64,000 nt of DNA from an uncultured Gemmatimonadota bacterium (lineage in GTDB: Bacteria; GCA-2686955): contig CAZBBK010000010.1 of the NCBI GenBank assembly GCA_964490075.1, positions 1 through 64,000 on the forward strand, in the 5' to 3' direction. Position 1 is the first letter of the stretch, and each line of letters starts with the position of its first letter. The translations under genes and the position numbers were made by a program. Below, piece after piece: positions 23,105 to 30,696 of the stretch. The notes beneath the pieces were generated by a model. The model saw nothing but the letters and a program-made list of their open reading frames with translations, did not search any database and was not told where the DNA came from.

Positions 23105-24165
23105 TCCTGGCCGGTGGCCGGGGCGAACGCTTCTGGCCCTGGAGCCGCGCCCAGCGTCCCAAACAGCTCCTGGCGATCACCGGCGCGCGCAGCATGCTGG
23201 AGGAGACAGTGCGGCGCGTCGATCCGCTGATCCCTCCCGAGCGGGCGCGAGTGGTGACCGGGCCCGGGCTGGTCGAGCCGATTCTGGAGGCGCTGCCGGA
23301 GCTGCCGCGCGAGCAGATCTACGTCGAGCCGCGCGGCAAGAACACCGCGCCGGCGATCGGCTTCGCCGCCGCGCTCCTGGCCGCCGCCGATCCCGACGCC
23401 AGCATGGTGCTGCTGCCGGCCGACCACCACATCCCCGACGGCGGCGCCTTTCGCGACGCGCTCGCCTACGCCGAGGGGGTGGCGCGCAGCGAGCGCTGCC
23501 TGGTGACCTTCGGCATCCCGCCCGCGCGCCCCGAGACCGGCTATGGCTACATCGAGGTGGGCGCGGAGCGGGGGCGCCAGGGTGAGATGCGCCACCATGC
23601 CGCGGCGCGCTTCGTCGAGAAGCCCGATGCGGCCACCGCCGAGCGCTACCTGGCCGGCGGCGGCCATCTGTGGAACTCCGGCATCTTCGTCTGGCGGGCG
23701 GACGACATCCTCGCCGCCCTGGCGACCCACGTGCCGGAGATGGCCGCGCCCCTCGAGGGCCTGCGCGAGGCGGCCGGCACGTCGCGCCAGCAGGCGGCGC
23801 TCGAGGCACTCTTCGACGCGGCGCCGGCCACCTCGATCGACTACGCGGTCATGGAGAAGGCCCCGAGCATCGCCGTGGTGCGGGCGCCGATCGGCTGGGA
23901 CGACGTCGGCGCCTGGAGCGCCCTCGACCGGGTCCACGAGGCCGACGCGGCCGGCAACGTGCTGCGCGGCGACGTGATCTCGGTCGATTCCGGCGCCAAC
24001 ATCGTCTTCTCCGACGGCGGCGTGGTGGGACTGGTCGGAGTGCGCGACCTGGTGGTGGTGCGCACCGGCGACGCGCTCCTGGTCTGCGCGCGGGAGCGCG
24101 CCCAGGAGGTGAAGGCGGTGGTGCAGGCGCTCAAGGAGCGTCCGGAGGGAGGGCGGTACCTGTGA
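23089..24165 (+). CDS. manC: Mannose-1-phosphate guanylyltransferase
   Basis: 'ILAGGRGERFWPWSR..RPKQ', 'EPRGKNTAPA', 'PADH', 'ETGYGYI', 'FVEKP', 'WNSGIF', 'SIDYAVME', 'WDDVG'. Confidence 0.93.
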   Translation: MLYAVILAGGRGERFWPWSRAQRPKQLLAITGARSMLEETVRRVDPLIPPERARVVTGPGLVEPILEALPELPREQIYVEPRGKNTAPAIGFAAALLAAADPDASMVLLPADHHIPDGGAFRDALAYAEGVARSERCLVTFGIPPARPETGYGYIEVGAERGRQGEMRHHAAARFVEKPDAATAERYLAGGGHLWNSGIFVWRADDILAALATHVPEMAAPLEGLREAAGTSRQQAALEALFDAAPATSIDYAVMEKAPSIAVVRAPIGWDDVGAWSALDRVHEADAAGNVLRGDVISVDSGANIVFSDGGVVGLVGVRDLVVVRTGDALLVCARERAQEVKAVVQALKERPEGGRYL

Positions 24166-24554
24166 GGTGCTCGACGCGATCGATCGTCGCGCTGGCCGCA
24201 GCCCTGTCGGCGGCGGGCGCGGGACGGGCCCAGGAGGAGACGCCGGCGCCGGTGCGCCCCTACCAGCCCGGCTTCCGGGTGCAGGTCGCGGCCACCCCTT
24301 CGCCCCTTTCCGGGCAGCGGGCGTTGCGCCGCGCGCGGCGCCTGAGCGAGCTGCCGGCCGCGATCGAGTGGGAGGGGGGGCTCTATAAGGTGCGCGTCGG
24401 AGCCTTCCTGGACCGCAGCCTGGCCGAGCTCGGCCGCGGCGCGCTGCTCGACTCGATCCCCGACGCCTGGGTGGTGCCGAGCGTGGTGCGCCCGGCCGAG
24501 GTGGAGGCGTCGAGCGCGGTGCTCGGCCCGGCGCTGGTGGAGGAGACGCAATGA
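24162..24554 (+). CDS. Exported SPOR-domain protein
   Basis: GTG overlaps manC stop; signal peptide; 'GFRVQVAA...YKVRVGAF..R..A....DAWVV'. Confidence 0.75.
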   Translation: MRCSTRSIVALAAALSAAGAGRAQEETPAPVRPYQPGFRVQVAATPSPLSGQRALRRARRLSELPAAIEWEGGLYKVRVGAFLDRSLAELGRGALLDSIPDAWVVPSVVRPAEVEASSAVLGPALVEETQ

Positions 24555-25825
24555 GCCGCGCGGCGTGGCGCCCGGTGCTCTTCGAAGGCCCCTGGTGGCG
24601 CGACCTACGACCGCTCAGCTGGACCCGTCCGGTCTGGTCGTTGCGCTGCGGCGCCAACACCATCCTGGAGCGCGCGGAGCGCCTTCTGGGGCGCGAGGCG
24701 GCGCTGATCGGCCGCCCCGGGATCCAGGCCTGCGAGCCGGAGCCGGCGCCGCGCCCTGACTGGAGCCCGGGCCCCTCGCTCTTTCTCGACGCCCGTTGGC
24801 TGCTGGCGCCGGGACTCTGGTTGGACGACCTGAACCGGGACGCCGACCTGTTGCTGACCGACACCGCGGGACGGGTGGTGGGTGCGCTGATCGGCGACCC
24901 GCCGGACGACGCGCCGCGGCGGCTGCGGGAGGGCGAGGAGCTCGTCGCCTTGGCGCACTCGGGCGCCGGGTCGGTCGAGGTCGCGGGCCGCCTGCTGGAC
25001 GCGCCCTGGCGGCCGATGCTGGCGGCGGCCGAGGAGATTCGCCGCGACTTCGATCTCTGGAGCGCCGCGCGAGCGAGCAGCGAGCCGGAGCTCGGCCCGG
25101 GCACCCACCTGGCCGGCGACGCGTTTTGGTGGGGGGCGGGCGCGAGCTGCGAGGGCGGCGCTTTTCTCGATGCGCGCTCGGGGCCGATCATGGTCGCCGA
25201 GGGGGCGCGGATCGGCGCCGGCTCGGTGGTGAAGGGGCCGGCCTTCATCGGACGCTGCAGCCAGCTCTTCGCGGCGCGCCTCGACGGCGGCGTGTCGCTC
25301 GGGCCGGTGTGCCGCTTCGGCGGCGAGGTGCAGTGCACCGTGGTCCAGGGCTACAGCAACAAGTACCACGACGGCTTCCTCGGCCACGCCCATCTCGGCG
25401 CCTGGGTCAACCTCGGCGCCATGACCACCAACTCCGATCTCAAGAACACCTACGGCGAGATTCAGGTCGATCTCGGCGAGGGGCGCCTGGCGACCGGCTC
25501 GAACAAGATCGGCTGCCTGCTCGGAGACCACGTCAAGACCGCCATCGGCACCCTGCTCTACACCGGCACGGTGGTCGATCCGGCGTCGACCCTCTTCGCC
25601 GGGGCGCCGGTCTCCGGCTTCGTACCGGCCTTCGTCTGGGCCACCGAGCGGCCGGTGGCGGTGCGCCTGGAGCGTTTCCTGGACGTGGCGCGCACCGTGG
25701 TGATGCGCCGCGACCGCCGCCTCGACCAGGCCGCCGTGGCGGCGTTGCGCCACCTGTACGACGAGACCGCGCCGGCCCGGAAGCGCTATCTGAGCGCTCG
25801 GCGGGGGAAGGGCGGTGACCGATGA
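24551..25825 (+). CDS. Putative sugar-nucleotidyl/acyltransferase, GlmU-related (left-handed beta-helix C-terminus)
   Basis: 'LRPLSWTRPVWSLRCG', 'GGEV', 'SNKYHDGFLGHA.LG.WVNLGA.TTNSDLKN.YG', 'GDHVKTAIGT'. Confidence 0.8.
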   Translation: MSRAAWRPVLFEGPWWRDLRPLSWTRPVWSLRCGANTILERAERLLGREAALIGRPGIQACEPEPAPRPDWSPGPSLFLDARWLLAPGLWLDDLNRDADLLLTDTAGRVVGALIGDPPDDAPRRLREGEELVALAHSGAGSVEVAGRLLDAPWRPMLAAAEEIRRDFDLWSAARASSEPELGPGTHLAGDAFWWGAGASCEGGAFLDARSGPIMVAEGARIGAGSVVKGPAFIGRCSQLFAARLDGGVSLGPVCRFGGEVQCTVVQGYSNKYHDGFLGHAHLGAWVNLGAMTTNSDLKNTYGEIQVDLGEGRLATGSNKIGCLLGDHVKTAIGTLLYTGTVVDPASTLFAGAPVSGFVPAFVWATERPVAVRLERFLDVARTVVMRRDRRLDQAAVAALRHLYDETAPARKRYLSARRGKGGDR

Positions 25826-26724
25826 GCCACACCTTCAGCGCCAAGGTCGACGCCGCCAAGAACGAGGCGATCCGCGACTTTTTGGAGCGCCTCGGCTTCG
25901 AGCTCGGAGAGGCGGCCCACGCCCATTTTTCGGCCCGGGGCGACGACACCCATGTGACCCTCTACCGCTCGGGCAAGATCGTGGTCCAGGGCAAGGGCGC
26001 GCCGGGCACCTGGGAGTACCTGGGCGCGATGGGACTGGTAGCGGGCGATGGGGGCGCACCGGCGGGGGCCGCGGCGGGTCCCTATCGGAAACGTCCGCCG
26101 CGCCTCGGCGGCGACGAATGCGGCAAGGGGGACTATTTCGGCCCCCTGGTGGTGGCCTGCTGCCGGGTCGACGAGAAGACCGAGGCGGCGCTGGTGGCGA
26201 AGGGGGTGCAGGACTCCAAGCGCATCGGCGACAAGCGCATCCTCGAGCTGGCGCGGATCATCCGCCGCACCACCGACGTGAAGGTGCTGAGCCTGAGCCC
26301 GCCGACCTACAACCGCCTGCAGGGCAAGATGGCCAACCTGAACCGGATGCTGGCCTGGGCCCACGCCCGCATCATCGAGGATATGCTGGAGTCGGGCGCC
26401 GCGGTCGAGATGGCGATCGTCGACCAGTTCGCCCGCGGCGACGTGCTGAAAAGGGCGCTGATGGAGCGCACCCGCGAGATCCGCGTGGTGCAGGAGGTGC
26501 GGGCCGAGAGCGACCCGGCGGTGGCCGCGGCATCGATCGTGGCCCGCGAGCGTTTCCTGCAAGACCTGGCGCGGCTCTCGAAGCGCGTCGGCTTCGACCT
26601 GCCCAAAGGGGCCACCACGGTGATTCCCGCCGCCAAGAGGGCGGTTCGCGAGCACGGATCGGAGATTCTGGGAGAGATCGCCAAGCTGCACTTCCGCACT
26701 ACGCAGAAGGTGTTGGGCGGCTGA
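25822..26724 (+). CDS. rnhC: Ribonuclease HIII
   Basis: N-terminal TBP-like domain ('TLYRSGKIVVQGK'); 'GGDECGKGDYFGPLVV', 'DSK', 'VDQF', 'VAAASIVAR', 'LPKGA', 'KLHF'. Confidence 0.93.
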   Translation: MSHTFSAKVDAAKNEAIRDFLERLGFELGEAAHAHFSARGDDTHVTLYRSGKIVVQGKGAPGTWEYLGAMGLVAGDGGAPAGAAAGPYRKRPPRLGGDECGKGDYFGPLVVACCRVDEKTEAALVAKGVQDSKRIGDKRILELARIIRRTTDVKVLSLSPPTYNRLQGKMANLNRMLAWAHARIIEDMLESGAAVEMAIVDQFARGDVLKRALMERTREIRVVQEVRAESDPAVAAASIVARERFLQDLARLSKRVGFDLPKGATTVIPAAKRAVREHGSEILGEIAKLHFRTTQKVLGG

Positions 26725-26751
26725 CGAGACAATCGAGAGGAGGGTGTGGCG

Positions 26752-28212
26752 ATGATGCGTCAGGTTTGGATGTGGATTTCGATTCTGGTCTCCGCGGCGC
26801 CGGCGGCTCGGGTCCCACCGGAGCCGCCGCCAAGCCTGCAGGAGCGGATCGACGCCGCCGCCGAGGGCGACACCATCTGGGTGGAGCGCGGAACCTACAT
26901 GGAGTCGCTCGACTTTCGTGGCAAGGCGCTGCTGCTCAGCGGAGTCGATCCTCTGGACCGGGCGGTGGTCCAAACGACGGTGATCGACGCTTCGGAGCAA
27001 CACACGTCGACGCTGCATTTCCTGTCCGGCGAGGGCCCCGACACCAGGGTGCGCGGGCTGACGATCACCGGGGGCAAGGGGACTCCCTACCTGTGGGGGC
27101 CGAACGATGGAGAGTCGACCGCCGGAGGCGGCATGATCTGCGTCGGCTCCTCACCGACGATCGAGAGCTGCGTCATTCGCGATAATCGGACCTTGGGGGT
27201 AGACTCGGTCGGCGGCGGAGGATATTGCGTAGCGGTCGCCTCGCCCACCTTTCGGGACTGCGAATTCGGTGCCAACTCGGCGCGCTGGGGCGCGACCCTC
27301 TATGTGACCGATCCGGGAACCTCGGTCGCAATCGCCGACTCCAGGTTCGTCGGGGAATGCGTGCGCAGGGACGTGCACACCGACGCGCTCTACCTGCGCC
27401 GCAACACCGCATTACGGATGGAGGACTGCGTTTTCGAGGACAGCGACTGCTATTTCTGTATCTACAGTGCCGGCGCCACGGTAACAGTGGAGCGCTGTGT
27501 GCTGCGAGACAGTCGCTCCTCTTTCGTGGGTCTGTCCTACGAAAGCGAAGGCGCGACGAGCTCGATTCGAAACTGTATCATCCACGACAACATCTCCTTT
27601 GAACCGCAGTTTCGGCTGATCGGTGTGAATCCCGAAATCGAGCACTGCACGGTTTTCGCGAACGAATCGACGTACCAGGCCAGTTCGATGATCTCTGTCT
27701 ACGGAGGCACGCCCGCTCTCTCCCACAGCATCTTCTGGGGCAACCTCCCGGAGGCCCCGACGATCGAGGTAGAGGGCGCGGGGGTGGTCGATGTCGACCA
27801 CTGCGACATCTGGGGCTACTGGGGGAGAGGCAACTTCTACCAGGATCCTCTGCTTCGCTCCTGGGGCGACCACAGGGGAGTGCTGGCGCCGGGATCGCCG
27901 TGCATCGACGCCGGCAGTCGGGAACGAGAGGACGGTCTGGCGTGGCCGCCGCGCTACCCGAACGGGGTTCGAGCCGATCTGGGAGCTTACGGCGGGCCGG
28001 AAGCCGCGGGATGGGCGCCATGGGGTGGCGCGGCAGCGCGCTCGGGGTCGGCCTCGCCGGCGTGGTCGCGAGCGCCGGACCGCTGCGCGTGCCGGACGAC
28101 TACCCAACGATTCAGGAGGCGATCGACGCCGCGGGCGATCGAGACATCGTGCTGGTCGCGCCCGGGACCTACGCCGAGGCGATCGACCTGCTCGGCAAGA
28201 GGATCGTGGTAA
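26752..28212 (+). CDS. Secreted parallel beta-helix protein (type A, copy 2); C-terminus extended by apparent stop loss
   Basis: GAGGAGG RBS; 'SLQERIDAAAEGDTIWVERGTY', 'GGGMIC', 'SPCIDAG', '[10 protein letters not shown]'; homology to copy 1 ends near 28023. Confidence 0.78.
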   Translation: MMRQVWMWISILVSAAPAARVPPEPPPSLQERIDAAAEGDTIWVERGTYMESLDFRGKALLLSGVDPLDRAVVQTTVIDASEQHTSTLHFLSGEGPDTRVRGLTITGGKGTPYLWGPNDGESTAGGGMICVGSSPTIESCVIRDNRTLGVDSVGGGGYCVAVASPTFRDCEFGANSARWGATLYVTDPGTSVAIADSRFVGECVRRDVHTDALYLRRNTALRMEDCVFEDSDCYFCIYSAGATVTVERCVLRDSRSSFVGLSYESEGATSSIRNCIIHDNISFEPQFRLIGVNPEIEHCTVFANESTYQASSMISVYGGTPALSHSIFWGNLPEAPTIEVEGAGVVDVDHCDIWGYWGRGNFYQDPLLRSWGDHRGVLAPGSPCIDAGSREREDGLAWPPRYPNGVRADLGAYGGPEAAGWAPWGGAAARSGSASPAWSRAPDRCACRTTTQRFRRRSTPRAIETSCWSRPGPTPRRSTCSARGSW

Positions 28213-29519
28213 GTTCGCACGATCCCGGCGACAGCGTTGTGGTCGCGACCACGGTCATCGATCCGAATGGCCTGGACGCCCCGGTGGTCACCTGCGATTC
28301 CGGTGAGCGTGCCGAGACCGAGCTTCGCGGCTTGACCATCACCGGCGGTCGCGGGCGCAAGGTCGGTGGCTGGCACTATGGAGCGGGCGTCTACCTCGAA
28401 GCGTCGCCGACCATCGATCGCTGTGTGATTCGCCGCAACGGACGCGAGTCCGGCAGCCTGGCCGGGGGCGGCATCTATGTGCGGGGAACCAACGCCAGGC
28501 CGCGACTGGGCGGGTGTCGTCTGGAAGCCAACGGGAGCGGCAGCACGGTGGGAGGGGCGATCCGAGCCACGGCGGGCGCGCGGTTGATCGGAAGGGAGTT
28601 GACCGTGATCCGGAACCACGGAGTCGACGGCGCCGTCGCCATCGGCAAGTCGGCGCTCTTTCTGAGAGAATGTCGCCTTCTCAACAACTCCGATACCGCG
28701 CTCGAGGCGGACAGTTCGTGGGTCTTGCTCGATAACTGCGCCTTGGCGCTGAACTTCGGGATCGGAATCCGCCTGGAGCAGACGATCGCGACGATCAACC
28801 GCTGCGAGCTGGAGCGGCAACATTACGACGGCATCTACAGCGTCGGCGGTGAGCTCACCCTGACGGATACGGTCTTCTTCGCCAACGGTCGTTGGGGGTG
28901 CTATGTGGTGGACGCGAGGCATCTGACGATGGTTCGCTGCTCGATACTCGGACACAGCTCAAGCCGGCCCTTGCATATAGTCTACTATGCATGGGGAGAT
29001 CCGGTCCCTCCAGTGCCGCAGGTGGAGCTTCGAAACTGTCGCGTGTTCGACAACGCGACGGGAGACGCAGCCGTCACGGTCAGCGGCTGCCGGCTCACAT
29101 TGGACCAGTGCTCCATCTTCGGCAACTGGAGCCACTACGAGAAGGCAGCCTTGACGCTCGATGGCTCCGCGGAATATCCGACCGTCGCCACCATCCGGAA
29201 CTCCATCATCTGGGGCAACTACCCCGCCGACCTCTCCTCCGACGCCCCCGACTCCCTCAGCGTGCGCTACTCCGACATCGGCGGTGGCGGATGGCCGGGC
29301 CCGGGCAACATCGATGCCGATCCGCTCTTTTTCCAGAGCCACGAGCGCGCCGGCCTGTTGCGGCCCGCCTCGCCCGCCATCGACGCCGGCGATCCCAGGG
29401 TCTGCGACGGCATCTCCGATTGGCATCCGCGCTGGCCCGAGGGCTATCCCAACGGCGAGCGCTCCGACATGGGCGCTCTGGGAGGGCCGCAGAACTGGGA
29501 GTGGGTGGGGCGGCGCTGA
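28020..29519 (+). CDS. Secreted parallel beta-helix protein (type B, copy 2)
   Basis: 'LRVPDDYPTIQEAIDAA', 'NSIIWGN', 'IDAGDP..WHPRWP..PNGERSDMGALGG'; start 28020 (or 28011). Confidence 0.8.
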   Translation: MGWRGSALGVGLAGVVASAGPLRVPDDYPTIQEAIDAAGDRDIVLVAPGTYAEAIDLLGKRIVVSSHDPGDSVVVATTVIDPNGLDAPVVTCDSGERAETELRGLTITGGRGRKVGGWHYGAGVYLEASPTIDRCVIRRNGRESGSLAGGGIYVRGTNARPRLGGCRLEANGSGSTVGGAIRATAGARLIGRELTVIRNHGVDGAVAIGKSALFLRECRLLNNSDTALEADSSWVLLDNCALALNFGIGIRLEQTIATINRCELERQHYDGIYSVGGELTLTDTVFFANGRWGCYVVDARHLTMVRCSILGHSSSRPLHIVYYAWGDPVPPVPQVELRNCRVFDNATGDAAVTVSGCRLTLDQCSIFGNWSHYEKAALTLDGSAEYPTVATIRNSIIWGNYPADLSSDAPDSLSVRYSDIGGGGWPGPGNIDADPLFFQSHERAGLLRPASPAIDAGDPRVCDGISDWHPRWPEGYPNGERSDMGALGGPQNWEWVGRR

Positions 29520-29528
29520 GCGAGCGCG

Positions 29529-30644
29529 TCAGTCGCCGTAGTTGACGTAGATCGGATTGGTCATCGACTTCATGGTGTTGGTCAGGGTGCCGCGCAGCTC
29601 GATGCGCAGGAAATCCCGAGTGGTGGCGTCGACGCGTGCCGCGAGGCGCAGCTCCCAGCTCTTGTGGTCGACCTTGGTCGAGTGCACGAGGCCCTCGCGG
29701 GTGTAGAGGAAGAGCTGGTCGCCCTTGCCCTTCTTGACCGCGATCCGGATCCCGATCCAGGTGGGGGAGGCGACCTCCAGATCGGTCCCCATCGGGGTCT
29801 CGTACTCCCCGTCCCCGTCGGCGTCGGCCCAGAGGAAGGCCCGCGGCCCCTTCTCGTCCTCCGAGATCCCCAGCCGGCCGGCTTCCACCGCCCGCTGGAT
29901 CGCCTCCGGCTCGGGGCCTTCGGCCAGCACGTAGTTGCAGGGACGCAGGGGATTCAGACCGACGTAGTGCACGTCCGAGCCGCCGATCGCGAAGATCCTG
30001 CGCCCTTCTTCCAGGTGGTCCTGCCACCAGCGCGTGGCCTGCTGATTCGGGAGGGTGGCCGCCAGCATCCACCACCAAGGGCCGTTCCAGACCTCGATCC
30101 CTTCGATCCCTTCCGAGACGCGCTCCTCGGGCCAGGGATCGCCCTCATAGAAGGGGTGGTTGGCCACGATGGTGGCGCCCTGGGCGGTGGCCTCGAGCAC
30201 CATGTCGGGGATCGTCCAGCCATCCATCGGATCGCCGTCCGGTGGCATATTGAGCAGACCCGCGTGTCCATCCGATCCCCACTCCTCCCCACACATCGGA
30301 TAGACGCCCAGGAAGGGGTGAAAATCGTCGTCGGAGCATTGCGTCAAGGTGCGGTGGTCGGTCACGTTGATCGCCGATGCGCCGTGCAGCGCGGCCTGCG
30401 AGAGCAGCACCGCGACCGGCGTGGCGCTGTCGTGGCTGTGCTCGGAGTGGCAGTGGTTGGCGAACAGAAACCACTGCAGGTCGTTGGCGGGCGGCGGCCC
30501 CGACTCGGGATCGGGGGCGGCTTCGCCGCGCAGCACGGCGCCGAAACGCAGATCCGGGGCGAGCGCCCCGGGGGCGCCGGCGGTGGCCGACCAGGCGCTC
30601 GACAGCATCAGGGCGGTGGCCAAGGGGAGGAGGGTTCGGCACAT
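29529..30644 (-). CDS. Secreted PHP-like (CehA/McbA-family) metallohydrolase
   Basis: Signal peptide; 'HCHSEHSHD', 'TDH', 'GEEW', 'GHA', 'NHP', 'EVWN', 'GGSDVH', C-terminal 'TNPIYV'. Confidence 0.82.
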   Translation of the reverse strand: MCRTLLPLATALMLSSAWSATAGAPGALAPDLRFGAVLRGEAAPDPESGPPPANDLQWFLFANHCHSEHSHDSATPVAVLLSQAALHGASAINVTDHRTLTQCSDDDFHPFLGVYPMCGEEWGSDGHAGLLNMPPDGDPMDGWTIPDMVLEATAQGATIVANHPFYEGDPWPEERVSEGIEGIEVWNGPWWWMLAATLPNQQATRWWQDHLEEGRRIFAIGGSDVHYVGLNPLRPCNYVLAEGPEPEAIQRAVEAGRLGISEDEKGPRAFLWADADGDGEYETPMGTDLEVASPTWIGIRIAVKKGKGDQLFLYTREGLVHSTKVDHKSWELRLAARVDATTRDFLRIELRGTLTNTMKSMTNPIYVNYGD

Positions 30645-30696
30645 GAGGTCACTCCGGATGGGGGGTGCCCCCAGAGTATCGCATCGATCGGAGCCG

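Noticed and set aside
13419-29519. Diversity-generating retroelement behind beta-helix variability
   Set aside because: No reverse transcriptase and no near-identical template/variable repeat pair differing only at adenines was seen
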